A stretch of 56,708 nucleotides of DNA from Candidatus Kapaibacterium sp. (GTDB lineage Bacteria > Bacteroidota > Ignavibacteria > Palsa-1295), in assembly GCA_039923455.1 (NCBI GenBank), contig JBDTCS010000159.1, forward strand, positions 1-56,708, read 5' to 3'. The notes under the pieces are model-generated. The model ran no database searches, was not told the origin of the DNA, and worked only from the letters and a program-made list of their open reading frames with translations. A program made the translations under genes and the position numbers. Shown here piece by piece: positions 16,357-26,405 of the stretch; position 1 is the first letter of the stretch, and every line of letters starts with the position of its first letter.

Positions 16357-19300
16357 CTACCTCTTGATCACCAGCGATCGCGTTACCACTTCACCGGTCT
16401 CCGTAGAAAGCCGCACGAAATAGACTCCGGGTTGGAGCTTCGATGGTGTGAATACTATTTCGTGAGAGCCTGCACTCCGAGCAAGATCGGAGAGCCTCTC
16501 CACTTCTCGGCCAAGTTCGTCATATATTGTGATCGATGATGCTCCTCCATGCTCGAGATAGTAGTCGATCTTTGTCGCTGCACTGGCTGGATTCGGTGAG
16601 AGCGAGAGATCCGTCACACGGATTGTCGGTGCTATGTGTGTCACCGCCTCGAGGGGAACCGGCACCTTTTTCAATGGGAGGCTTAGTACATGAAACGGAA
16701 GTGTGTCTTGGTGCAGCGTGTGCTGACGTCTCCTTTCCTGAGCTATCCCTTCATAGGCAACCGAATCGTAGAGTTTATCGTCCGGCCACTGCAGGGTCTC
16801 GTTGTACCACATATTAGCACTTTCGTTCAGATCCCATTCGCTAAGCACGTCCGACATTCGATCCCAAAGCACCTGTTGATAGTGGGTGTCCATATTCCAT
16901 TGATAGGCATCTACCATCCAATTATAAAGCCTCTTCCAATTATAATGATCGTGATCTCCGGCCTTGTTAGTCATATACGATTCGAGACTTAAGATGGCAT
17001 CTATAACCTTGCCAGGGTATTTCGTGGCGAATGGGTGCAACTGAATGTAGAGCTCCATCGTATCAAGGCCCCTGCGAAGTAGAATGGAGTCTCCCGGGAC
17101 AAAGTCTTTCAGAGCTGCCTGGTACAGTTTTAAGCTATCCGGAGTGTCGAGGGTGGAGACTCCATTCGCAAGGCGCTCCTGACTTCCCTTCCGAGTGCTA
17201 AATCCGCCACACGAATAGGTCACCTCCGCATCACTTTCATTCGCATCTTTATCGTATTGGGTGTGTGCAATTTGAGGATCGGTTGTGATACCTGTGCCTG
17301 TAGTGATAGTCGGATCCCAATTATTGTCCGTCAGAGGGGTCGTTAGAATGGTTGCCCCGGTACGATAGAATAACTCTACACCGTCTCCGGTAGAATGAAT
17401 GATGTTCCTACCCCAATTCGGATGGTCTCCGCTACTTGAGCCGATATTCGGTTGAGCGGACCCAGCTACCTCGATCTCGTTATGATCGCTGTTTCTGATT
17501 CTATTCCATCCCGGACAATTCGAAGCACCTACATGGTCCCCTGAAAGTGTGGTCTTTGCGTAATCTTCAAATTTTACTCCTACCCCGTAATGCTCAATGA
17601 AGTTGCTTAAGAGATTTGATAGATCATGTCCGCTCGCGATATAACCGTTATTTTGGTTCGTTATGAAATTGAGTTTTGTATATCCCCCCAAAGCGGACCC
17701 GCTTCCGTCCTGGAGTATTCCAGTACCCGAATGGTCACATGAACACCATTCCATTGTGTTATTACACAGAAAGGGTCGCGACAAACTCGCCGCCTCGGTG
17801 TGGATTCCGGGATAACGGAAGAAGAGGCTATTATTCGTTATAGTACAATTCGTACCCTGGGAAGCGTAGACTCCTGTCCACCCTCCTGTAGCTGGAGCCT
17901 TATAAATTGATGGAATATATGGAAAAGCCCCATCGAATACGTTGTTATCAACTGTCACTTGATCGAGGTTCAGTTGGTCAAACTTCTGAATTTCAAAATC
18001 CACGGCCTTTACGTTTACCGGCGATCCCGAGTTGTTGCCGATCGGCCATGTTTCGTGAATTGAATTATTGTCGAGGTGCAGATGGAAAGTCTCCGATGGA
18101 GTTTCGGTGGCGTAAAACAACCCGCCATTTTGCGCAATGCAGACATCGTTATTCGTGTATGTGACGGAAGAGGCGTTTGCTGCAACAGCGACTTCGAGAT
18201 ACGCGAAGAGCACTCGATTGTGATCCCATACAACATGATCTGGCCAGTTAACGATGATATCCGACCTAAAACCGTCCGGCGGAGTGTGCCCGTCGTCTCT
18301 ATCACCGTCGAACAGATCTTGAATAATGTTATTCTGGTATTGCGTAGCAACTACACTGTGCTTCACGGATAAATACGTCGCCGCATCCGCTTCGCCTATC
18401 GAGTTCAAGTAAATGTTCGGTTCGGAATGTGCGGTGTTTCTCGATCCAAGGAAAACGGTGCAAGAATCAAGGTCCAGAAACGAAGATGCACCTTCGATCT
18501 TGAGAAAGTTAGGGTACGGATCAACGCTGATACCGGGCCATGTAATCTGTCCTTTGCTACAGAGAATTCCGCTACCTTGATCGATCGTCAACGGAGCGTT
18601 CATGAAGATTAATCCTTTATTTGCTTCACTCGTATCGGGTGTGTTTTTATTTCCGGTCGCTCCCAAGACGTCAAAATCCATTAGTGAGAAGGTTGCTCCG
18701 TCATATTCCCAACTACCGCGAGCCTCTGCGTTGATATTGCATCCCACGAGATTATTGAAATAAACGAACGCATTCCTGTCGAACATGATGTGTGCCCGCT
18801 TAGCCGAGGGAGTGAATCCGGCATCGGAATATCTGAAACCTGCATGTATCGTTAGGAGACTCTTCATGAACACGAATTGCTCGGTGGAGAGGCTAGCTTT
18901 CTTATAAATTCGAAGTGTGTCTCCTTGGTGTACGAAGAGATTGATCGGGTCCGGCCCCACTCCTGTGACGTGGCATAGACCCGCAGCCAATGTGTTCTCT
19001 TGAAGATCCTCATCGAAGGACTGGAAGTTTCGCCACCACTTCGGGGTTCCCATTTGATCATACAAACAAAATGTACCCATCTGATTCGAACCAAGATAGT
19101 AATAAGTTATCGTGGATGGGCCCGTTGCTGCAGCGGTATATATCGTTCTCTGATCGGTGCCATATTGCCGACAAACCTTTAAGGTTAGGGTTTCCGGAAT
19201 CCCGCAATCGCTTTCGGCATACGCAAAAAAGACCGACGATCCGAGATGTGCGCCGAATGCCCACGCATGGTAAGGATCTCCGACCGCCATATTCGGAACA

Positions 19301-20262
19301 TCGCCCGAGTAGTGAAAACTTGTGGTGATCGTATTAACATTCGCACCATCGCAATAGTACAGCTTTCCGCATGGGTTCGTTGGAACGAACCCACCATAAT
19401 AGTAGCCTGTAAATGATGCACCACTTACGTCGTCAGCACAAACCGCTCGTACCCAATTCACATGACTAGTCAAACTTGGCCTCGGCAACGCTACATCGGT
19501 CGTTGCGAGTGTGGAGGATATCTGAAAATCGTGGAGCATCCATCCACCGACGGCGAGTTCGGAGAAAGCAATGTGACGGGAGGTCTGTGCCCACCGGTAA
19601 CATGCCACCGTTGGGATACTTCCTACAGCATGAACGCCTCCGGCCAAAATGATGTCGTTTGCTGGCACAGCGATACTCAGATCCGATAGTTTGAGGATCG
19701 CGTAACCAAGTCGGTTACTGGACGTTTGATACGCGATATAGAGGTATTTGGAATCCATATTTGCCTCGACGCACGTGATCAATCCGGATCCTCCTGCCGT
19801 CGTTGTTCCGACTGATATTTTGTCGGGCACTCCGGCCCCGAGTACACCGGTGGTTGTCATCGTCAACCCGTTGTATACCGAGCCACTGAGCATCGCATTA
19901 CTCTTGTCGTTCCAGATTCTGCACCAAAGATTCGAGGTACTCCCGACGTTGCCGACCGTGAGTAGGGCAAAGACGTTGTCATGATTCGTCGCAGTCGCGA
20001 TGTTTGCGTCGCTTTCAATCGAGTTAGTGTTTGCAACCGAAGTGCCGGAACAACCGAGCAGATACACATCTGACGCGCCGCCGCCGCTGACGAAGTTACC
20101 GAGATTCGAAGTGCACATATACTCTGGGGCAATAGACAATGGAGAGACAGTGCGTATCGCCTGCGTTGTGACATCGTAGCCCGACTGCGCGGACGATTGC
20201 TCCGAAATGAAGAACCAAACGAGTGCTAAGAGGAAAAAGCTAACAGCAGATTTGCGTATCAT
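16357..20262 (-). CDS. giant secreted protein with T9SS C-terminal sorting domain, function unknown
   Basis: 1301 aa. Signal peptide (FFLLALVWFFISEQSSAQS). The central region has recurring N-N-x motifs (YTNNDVCIAQNGG, LDNNSIHE, VDNNVFDG, ITNNSLFF, CNNTMEW) suggestive of a parallel beta-helix. The last ~80 aa form a Por-type tail (LSLSPNPASAATKIDYYL...ITIYDELGREV...GVYFVRL). Confidence 0.8.
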   Translation of the reverse strand: MIRKSAVSFFLLALVWFFISEQSSAQSGYDVTTQAIRTVSPLSIAPEYMCTSNLGNFVSGGGASDVYLLGCSGTSVANTNSIESDANIATATNHDNVFALLTVGNVGSTSNLWCRIWNDKSNAMLSGSVYNGLTMTTTGVLGAGVPDKISVGTTTAGGSGLITCVEANMDSKYLYIAYQTSSNRLGYAILKLSDLSIAVPANDIILAGGVHAVGSIPTVACYRWAQTSRHIAFSELAVGGWMLHDFQISSTLATTDVALPRPSLTSHVNWVRAVCADDVSGASFTGYYYGGFVPTNPCGKLYYCDGANVNTITTSFHYSGDVPNMAVGDPYHAWAFGAHLGSSVFFAYAESDCGIPETLTLKVCRQYGTDQRTIYTAAATGPSTITYYYLGSNQMGTFCLYDQMGTPKWWRNFQSFDEDLQENTLAAGLCHVTGVGPDPINLFVHQGDTLRIYKKASLSTEQFVFMKSLLTIHAGFRYSDAGFTPSAKRAHIMFDRNAFVYFNNLVGCNINAEARGSWEYDGATFSLMDFDVLGATGNKNTPDTSEANKGLIFMNAPLTIDQGSGILCSKGQITWPGISVDPYPNFLKIEGASSFLDLDSCTVFLGSRNTAHSEPNIYLNSIGEADAATYLSVKHSVVATQYQNNIIQDLFDGDRDDGHTPPDGFRSDIIVNWPDHVVWDHNRVLFAYLEVAVAANASSVTYTNNDVCIAQNGGLFYATETPSETFHLHLDNNSIHETWPIGNNSGSPVNVKAVDFEIQKFDQLNLDQVTVDNNVFDGAFPYIPSIYKAPATGGWTGVYASQGTNCTITNNSLFFRYPGIHTEAASLSRPFLCNNTMEWCSCDHSGTGILQDGSGSALGGYTKLNFITNQNNGYIASGHDLSNLLSNFIEHYGVGVKFEDYAKTTLSGDHVGASNCPGWNRIRNSDHNEIEVAGSAQPNIGSSSGDHPNWGRNIIHSTGDGVELFYRTGATILTTPLTDNNWDPTITTGTGITTDPQIAHTQYDKDANESDAEVTYSCGGFSTRKGSQERLANGVSTLDTPDSLKLYQAALKDFVPGDSILLRRGLDTMELYIQLHPFATKYPGKVIDAILSLESYMTNKAGDHDHYNWKRLYNWMVDAYQWNMDTHYQQVLWDRMSDVLSEWDLNESANMWYNETLQWPDDKLYDSVAYEGIAQERRRQHTLHQDTLPFHVLSLPLKKVPVPLEAVTHIAPTIRVTDLSLSPNPASAATKIDYYLEHGGASSITIYDELGREVERLSDLARSAGSHEIVFTPSKLQPGVYFVRLSTETGEVVTRSLVIKR

Positions 20263-20590
20263 AACTGTGGTGAAGAGAGCATGTACAACTGAACCAAAGA
20301 TCTCGCCCCGAACGATCGATTGTCTCCAATCACGATATACATTTTTTTGATCGGCTCAGGAAGTGAAAATGCTTTTCCCTTACTCCAGACCGGATTGGAC
20401 AACTCAATATACGATAATCCGGAACGCAAAGTCAAGCCCCGTAATCAGATTTCTTTGTGCATGACAACGTGCTATTCGCGGCACAGACTCTTGGTTTTTG
20501 ACTTGATACTAAACTGTACAAAACTTTATAGCTTCGCGACGTTTATCATTCTTCATTAACAGGCACGAAGTAACTGGTATTTTTGCAGTC

Positions 20591-21886
20591 ATGCCACTAC
20601 AAAAGAAAATTTCGGATGCTTCGACGCGATATGTGACTACGACGTTCCGCTCGCTTCGGCACTGGAATTATCGGTTGTTCTTTTTTGGTCAACTCATCTC
20701 GCTCATCGGTACGTGGCTGCAGAATACAGCGCTTGGCTGGCTGGTCTATTCGATGACACATGACGCACGGACGCTTGGCATCATGTCGTTCATCGGCTCG
20801 GCACCGATTCTTTTTCTTTCGATCATCGCAGGGACGGTTGCCGATGAATATTCCAAACGGAAGATACTTATCATGACGCAAGCAATGTCCGGATTGCTGG
20901 CAGTTGCGCTTGCGGTTGCCCTGTGGACGGACACGATCAGCATTCCGGTGATCGCTGTGATTAATCTGATGCTCGGTATCGTAACCGCCTTCGATCTGCC
21001 GACACGTCAGGCGTTCGTCGTCGAGATGACGAGTAAAGAAGATGTCTCGAACGCTGTCGCGCTGAACTCCGCGGTCTTCAACGCTGCGCGGCTTATCGGG
21101 CCGGCGCTCGGAGCAATCATCATTGCGTCATTCTCAGTGGCCATGTGTTTTTTTCTGAATGGAATTTCGTACGTCGCCGTGATCATCGGGCTTCTGATGA
21201 TGCGCTTTGCGACAAGCGCACATCCGCGGCGCAAACGAACGACCTCGCGGATGCGCTCGATGCAGGAAGGAATAGTCTATCTCTATCGCATTCCCAATTT
21301 GCGCGCACTGATGCTGCTCGTTGTTACGATGACACTCTTTGGTTGGAGCTATACGGTGAATCTACCGGTGGTGGCTGCGAAGCTTTTGAACGGCGGTGCC
21401 TCAACGTTTGGTGCACTGCTCTCGGCCAATGGAGTTGGGGCTCTCATCGCTGCGCTCACACAAGCAGCGGGCTCCGGAAAATTTGATGGAAGAAAAATGC
21501 TCTTTATTGGCATCGGAGTATTTGTGCTTTCGCTGGTTGGTGTCGCGCTCGTGCATACGCTTGTCTTCACGTTGCTTTGTTTGGTCGGGATGGGTTGGGG
21601 CATCATCACATTTTTTATTACTGCAAATACGACACTTCAGCGCAGAGTGCCGGATGAACTTCGCGGACGTGTGATGGGGATCTACTCACTTTCGTTTGCG
21701 GGGCTTTTTCCGTTCGGCAGTTTGCTTTCCGGTTTTGTTGCGCATGAAGTTGGAGTGAGCAATGCATTTTTGTTCAACGCTGTGATTGTGACGCTAATCA
21801 GTATTCCCGTATATTTTTTCGTTCGAAAGCTTCCAAGGCTTTTCGGAGAGCCAACATTGGCTCTCGCTCCGACCATCAAATCGTAA
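20591..21886 (+). CDS. MFS transporter (MFS_3/EntS-like subfamily)
   Basis: 431 aa, about 12 TM helices. The N-terminal FRSLRHWNYRLFFFGQLISLIGTWLQNTALGWLVY is typical of the 'transmembrane secretion effector' MFS group. Confidence 0.8.
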   Translation: MPLQKKISDASTRYVTTTFRSLRHWNYRLFFFGQLISLIGTWLQNTALGWLVYSMTHDARTLGIMSFIGSAPILFLSIIAGTVADEYSKRKILIMTQAMSGLLAVALAVALWTDTISIPVIAVINLMLGIVTAFDLPTRQAFVVEMTSKEDVSNAVALNSAVFNAARLIGPALGAIIIASFSVAMCFFLNGISYVAVIIGLLMMRFATSAHPRRKRTTSRMRSMQEGIVYLYRIPNLRALMLLVVTMTLFGWSYTVNLPVVAAKLLNGGASTFGALLSANGVGALIAALTQAAGSGKFDGRKMLFIGIGVFVLSLVGVALVHTLVFTLLCLVGMGWGIITFFITANTTLQRRVPDELRGRVMGIYSLSFAGLFPFGSLLSGFVAHEVGVSNAFLFNAVIVTLISIPVYFFVRKLPRLFGEPTLALAPTIKS

Positions 21887-22139
21887 CACTTCGAAACAGC
21901 ATATTCATAAGTGTAGTATTTTCGTACAAGTTTCGAAATATCTGCGTAATTCTTTCATAATCGCTTGTATTTTGGATTACATTCTGGTATATTGCGTTGT
22001 GTAAGTTTGTTTGGTCTCTGGAATTTTATCCAAAGTTGCGCCCATTTTTAATTTTAATGGGTTGCCCGCGACTCCGGAGATCGTTTTATTTAATAGCGTG
22101 AGTGGTTTTATCTTGTAACCAATTGCCGATTAATCAGCA

Positions 22140-22565
22140 ATGATACTTTTAGCCTCTAAAGAAGTTATGTCGCTGGGATTATCCCAAGCACTCTTCGGCG
22201 TCGTCGTCGGATTGGCATTTGGGATGCTTCTCGGATTATTTTTTTATTCCACGTATCGGAAGCCCTACTACTGGTTCTATTCGCTTTTCAGCGGAGTTGC
22301 AGGCTCGCTGATAGCGCCAATACTGCTGAGCGTGATTGTTGGTGGAGATTCTTCGAGCATTCACTTTGTCGTATTTCAGTTTACGACTGCCGGCATCGCT
22401 GCGTTCCTCGGAAATTTTTATCTGTACACGAACAAGAAACGGCTGGCTGCGAAGCACAAGAGCCGTCGCCGTCGCACACGTTCACGGTACGCTTCAAACA
22501 CTGTGCTCCTGCAAGTTGTGCATGAGCCGGTGGCACACGAATCTCATGGCGCACATCCGGTCTGA
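22140..22565 (+). CDS. small integral membrane protein, function unknown
   Basis: 141 aa with 3-4 hydrophobic helices and a strongly basic tail (KKRLAAKHKSRRRRTRSR). It is preceded by a 254-bp AT-rich spacer and ends in TGA. Confidence 0.55.
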   Translation: MILLASKEVMSLGLSQALFGVVVGLAFGMLLGLFFYSTYRKPYYWFYSLFSGVAGSLIAPILLSVIVGGDSSSIHFVVFQFTTAGIAAFLGNFYLYTNKKRLAAKHKSRRRRTRSRYASNTVLLQVVHEPVAHESHGAHPV

Positions 22566-22767
22566 TGTGCGCTGAATGCTTAGTGCATCCGTGAGCGATC
22601 TATCGTTTGAAGGTTTTTTGAAGTCCGAATTCCTACCTCTCATTTCCCGCTAAATACCATTTCTGATCGCTTGGGGTTATTCTCTGCGTTCTGCACTAAT
22701 TTTGTGTCTGGTTAGTTAGAGAATCCGGTGCAGAGGTCAGGTATGGGATCAATCAAGCTTCAAGGTT

Positions 22768-23196
22768 ATGCAGTTTTCAAAAATCACTACGATTAAGTGG
22801 GGCAAGCGCGACAGTTCTGTCGTGAAAATATTTGCGGTGCTTGGGCTTGCGCTCTTTAGCTTCGCATGTTCGACGAACGACACGCTCGTTCAAGAATATA
22901 TGACGGTGAGTCCGCATCAGTTGACATTTACTACGCCGGACACCACTCGCACCATGACTGTCGCCCACTCGTGCACATGTCCGTTCACTTGGACGCTGCT
23001 TGCATATCCACCTGCTCCGTGGCTAACGATTCCTGCTGGCGGCAGTGGCGATCAAAACAATGTGCTGATTAAGATCGACCGCTCACTCATGACTACCGAC
23101 ACCGCGAAAGCGTTGATCCAGGTTAACTCCACCCAATATAGTACCAGCGATGGTCGCAGGTATGACACAGTTCAAGTGACGGCGTATCGGAAATAA
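22768..23196 (+). CDS. small lipoprotein, function unknown
   Basis: 142 aa. Signal peptide plus lipobox (LGLALFSFACS). Beta-rich with a W...PWLTIPAGGSG...VLIKIDR pattern reminiscent of BACON/Ig-like modules (weak). Confidence 0.6.
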   Translation: MQFSKITTIKWGKRDSSVVKIFAVLGLALFSFACSTNDTLVQEYMTVSPHQLTFTTPDTTRTMTVAHSCTCPFTWTLLAYPPAPWLTIPAGGSGDQNNVLIKIDRSLMTTDTAKALIQVNSTQYSTSDGRRYDTVQVTAYRK

Positions 23197-23218
23197 TCTG
23201 GCGCGATACGTTCGGCGG

Positions 23219-24238
23219 TCATTCAAACCCCGCTCCTCTGATTCCGACAACTTCGCGAACACGAGCGAGTGTGGCCTTCGCTCGAACTCTGGCTTTTGCT
23301 TCGCCGGTGAGTAAGATTTGTTCTACCTCGTCCGTGTGTGATAGCAAATAATTGTAACGCTCTCGCTTTTCTGAAACCAGCGAATCGATCAATTCGAATG
23401 TTGCTTGTTTCACATCTGCCCACGAGATTCCCTCTGCGTAAGCAGTCCGCAGACGTTCTGTTGATTCGGGTTGCGCAAAACTTTGATACAATGCGAACAG
23501 AACGGAACCCTCGGTCTCTTTCGGTTCAGTAGGAGTTTTTGAATCGGTAACAATTCCGAAGATTAACTTTCGAAACTTCTCTTTTGGAGCAAAGAGTGGA
23601 ATCGTATTCTTGTAACTCTTACTCATCTTTCTGCCATCAAGACCTGGTATCGCTGCAACAGACTTCAGAACTTGTGCTTTCGGAAGATGTAATATTTGCT
23701 TGCGATAGTTGTGATTGAACTTGCCTGCGATCTCACGCGCGATCTCGACATGTTGCACTTGATCTTGCCCAACAGGAACGGTGTCTGCGTCGAAGAGCAG
23801 AATATCAGCGGACATCAGGATCGGATAATTGAACAAGCCGACGTTTATTCCTTTGTCCTGCTCGCTCAAACCCTTCTCTACATTTTGTGCGACGGCCGCT
23901 TTGTAGGCATGCGCACGGTTCATCAATCCTTTAGGTGTGAAGCACGAAAGTATCCAATGTAATTCAAACGTTTCGGGAATGCGTGATTGCCGATAAAATA
24001 TATTTTGCTCCGTATCGAGTCCCGCAGCGAGCCAAGTTGCTGCGACTTCTTTGGATTGCGCATCTAAGCGAGTGGCGTCATGCTCGCTGGTTAAGGCGTG
24101 ATAATCCGCGATGAAAAATAACCCGAGTGCGGCATTGCTTTCCTCGGCGAGTCTTAAGGCGGGTGCAATTGCCGCGACGTAATTTCCGAGATGTGGAGTG
24201 CCGGTGGGTTTGATACCCGTCAAAATAATTTCTGGCAT
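23219..24238 (-). CDS. trpS: tryptophan--tRNA ligase
   Basis: Class I signature GIKPTGTPHLGNY (HIGH-type), KMSKS present (RKMSKSY), 339 aa. Confidence 0.9.
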   Translation of the reverse strand: MPEIILTGIKPTGTPHLGNYVAAIAPALRLAEESNAALGLFFIADYHALTSEHDATRLDAQSKEVAATWLAAGLDTEQNIFYRQSRIPETFELHWILSCFTPKGLMNRAHAYKAAVAQNVEKGLSEQDKGINVGLFNYPILMSADILLFDADTVPVGQDQVQHVEIAREIAGKFNHNYRKQILHLPKAQVLKSVAAIPGLDGRKMSKSYKNTIPLFAPKEKFRKLIFGIVTDSKTPTEPKETEGSVLFALYQSFAQPESTERLRTAYAEGISWADVKQATFELIDSLVSEKRERYNYLLSHTDEVEQILLTGEAKARVRAKATLARVREVVGIRGAGFE

Positions 24239-24249
24239 ATTCGAATTGT

Positions 24250-24284
24250 AAAAAGTTGAAAGCCCGTGGAGACCACGGGCTTTC
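24250..24284 (-). terminator. strong intrinsic-terminator-like hairpin ending 12 nt upstream of the trpS ATG
   Basis: Perfect 12-bp stem gaaagcccgtgg / ccacgggctttc (24258-24284) with a 3-nt loop. On the minus strand it is followed by AACUUUUUAC. A weaker hairpin plus U-run lies at 24296-24320. Confidence 0.7.
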
Positions 24285-24338
24285 AGACTTGAAATACAAA
24301 AAGGCTGCTGATGAAGCAGTGAGGGAGAATTACTTCCC

Positions 24339-24608
24339 TTACTTCTTCATTTCCTTTACTTCCTTCTTCATATCTTTCATGTCCTTCTTCATGTCGCCAA
24401 CCATCTTCTTGGTGGTGTCAACATTCTTTGCCATGCTATCAACAGTGGCAGGAGGCGGCGGTGGCGGCGGAGCCGTCGTCGTCGTCGTTGTAGAAGTTGT
24501 CGTTGTCGTCGAATCGGTCATATTACTGTCCGTCTTCTTCGCACAGGACATCATACCGGATGTGAATGCTACTAGAGCACCAAGCACAAGGAGTTTACGA
24601 AGCCTCAT
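24339..24608 (-). CDS. low-complexity small lipoprotein
   Basis: 89 aa. Signal peptide plus lipobox (LVAFTSGMMSC). This is followed by Thr runs (TTTTTSTTTTTT), a Pro run (PPPPPPP) and a Lys/Met/Asp-rich tail (MKKDMKDMKKEVKEMKK). The antisense ORF 24256-24624 is its low-complexity mirror image. Confidence 0.55.
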   Translation of the reverse strand: MRLRKLLVLGALVAFTSGMMSCAKKTDSNMTDSTTTTTSTTTTTTAPPPPPPPATVDSMAKNVDTTKKMVGDMKKDMKDMKKEVKEMKK

Positions 24609-24946
24609 GGCATTTACCTCTTAGTTTAAGTTAAGGAAACACGCGACACCAACGACCCACACAGATATAACTCCGCAAGGGAAATCAGCGCTACTAATAC
24701 ATCATTGTTAAGAACTTGAGGACAAAGATACGATGTCCAGCGGCGAAATACAAAAAAACGGGTAAAAATGTTCATTAGTTAGGCTGTTTCAGAGTAAATT
24801 TCGTGGTTTTGATGGTGGCTGTTAGCCCGGGATATTGGATTATCGGCGAATTCGACCAAAAAAAGTGCGAAACGTCAGCCCACGATCCGCTGTTCGAATC
24901 TGACTAATTCACTGTATTCCCACGACATTTCCCAGGAAATCGCCGT

Positions 24947-26389
24947 ATGGCACTCGAAATCTACAACACACTCACCCGAAAGAAAGAAGCTTTCACGCCC
25001 TTGGTTGAGGGCAAAGTGGGAATGTATGTTTGTGGGCCGACCGTCTACTCCGATGCGCACCTGGGGCACGCTAAGGCCTATATAACGCCAGACATAGTCC
25101 ACCGCTATCTCGAATACCTCGGCTATGACGTCACTTATGTTCAGAATATCACGGACGTCGGCCATTTGACGGACGATGCCGATGAGGGTGAGGACAAAAT
25201 CCTCCGGAAAAGTGCGGCCGTAAAGAAGCATCCGATGGCGGTCGTCGAATTCTACACGCGTCGGTATTACGAAGATATGGACGCGCTCAACGTTCTACCT
25301 CCGGATATCGCACCTCGAGCCTCTGGGCACATCCCCGAACAGCAGGAGATGATCAAGACGCTGATCGAGAAAGGCTTTGCGTATGAATCCGGCGGGTCTG
25401 TTTATTTCGAAGTTGCGAAAGATCCCGAATACGGAAAACTTTCCGGACGTAAAGTCGAAGATCAGGAATCAGCCGGACGAGTCGAGGTACGTTCGGAGAA
25501 ACGCTCACCGCAAGATTTTGCACTCTGGAAACATGCTGAGCCGAATCATATTTTGCAGTGGCCCTCACCGTGGGGTGCTGGGTTTCCTGGTTGGCATATC
25601 GAATGCTCTGCGATGAGCAAGAAATATTTGGGACCAACATTTGATATTCATGGCGCAGGAATTGAAAATTCTTTTCCGCACAATGAATGCGAGATCGCAC
25701 AATCCGAAGCCGCGAATGGCGTTGAGCCTTTCGCAAAATATTGGATGCACAACAACATGGTTATGGTCGATGGCCGCAAGATGGGGAAATCTTTAGGCAA
25801 TGCTTCGACGCTTCGCGATCAATTTGCATTGCATGATCCGCTCGTCATTCGGTTTACGCTACTGCAATCACATTATCGCAGCACCACAGAGTCGAAGCCC
25901 GAGGCTATCGTTGCAGCAGGCGTGGGATATCAGAAGTTGCTCGATGCCTTCGCAAAGCTCGGGCAAAAGCTCGGTAATCCGGAGAAGCGCGCGCTAACAG
26001 ATGCTGAGAAAGAACATCCGCTCGTCAAGCAATTCATGCTCGAGATGGATGATGATTTCAATACGCCAAAGGCAATTGCTGTGCTCTATGAACTCGCGCG
26101 AGAGACGAACACTGCGCTCACCGATGGCAAACGTTCTGTGCAAGAGTTGGATAGTCTGTATGCGATCTGGAACACACTCGCGGGTGATTTACTCGGGCTC
26201 ATTCCAAAACACGCTACATCGCAAAGCGAGGAGTTAACGGCACCGCTGATGGATCTTGTTATTCAACTTCGCAAAGATGCGAGAGCAGAAAAGAATTTCA
26301 AGATGAGTGATACGCTCCGCGATGCGCTCGACAAGATTGGTATCGTGCTTGAAGATGGCAAAGAAGGCACGAGCTGGAAGGTGCGTTAA
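24947..26389 (+). CDS. cysS: cysteine--tRNA ligase
   Basis: Contains the HIGH-type motif HLGHA, the KMGKSLGN (KMSKS) motif and a CysRS Zn-binding Cys/His context (WHIECS). Confidence 0.92.
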   Translation: MALEIYNTLTRKKEAFTPLVEGKVGMYVCGPTVYSDAHLGHAKAYITPDIVHRYLEYLGYDVTYVQNITDVGHLTDDADEGEDKILRKSAAVKKHPMAVVEFYTRRYYEDMDALNVLPPDIAPRASGHIPEQQEMIKTLIEKGFAYESGGSVYFEVAKDPEYGKLSGRKVEDQESAGRVEVRSEKRSPQDFALWKHAEPNHILQWPSPWGAGFPGWHIECSAMSKKYLGPTFDIHGAGIENSFPHNECEIAQSEAANGVEPFAKYWMHNNMVMVDGRKMGKSLGNASTLRDQFALHDPLVIRFTLLQSHYRSTTESKPEAIVAAGVGYQKLLDAFAKLGQKLGNPEKRALTDAEKEHPLVKQFMLEMDDDFNTPKAIAVLYELARETNTALTDGKRSVQELDSLYAIWNTLAGDLLGLIPKHATSQSEELTAPLMDLVIQLRKDARAEKNFKMSDTLRDALDKIGIVLEDGKEGTSWKVR

Positions 26390-26405
26390 GAAATTTGCGC
26401 CTGCG

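Noticed and set aside
24256-24624. 122-aa + strand ORF (FFISF..., GGGGGGG, VVVVVV)
   Set aside because: It is the mirror image of the low-complexity lipoprotein frame. The minus frame has a canonical signal peptide and lipobox, whereas the plus frame has no credible start context or features.
24881-24905. tRNA-like T-loop string (gttcgaatc) upstream of cysS
   Set aside because: The flanking bases cannot form a T-stem (cgctg versus ctgac), an acceptor stem or an anticodon arm. No tRNA gene was found anywhere in the window.
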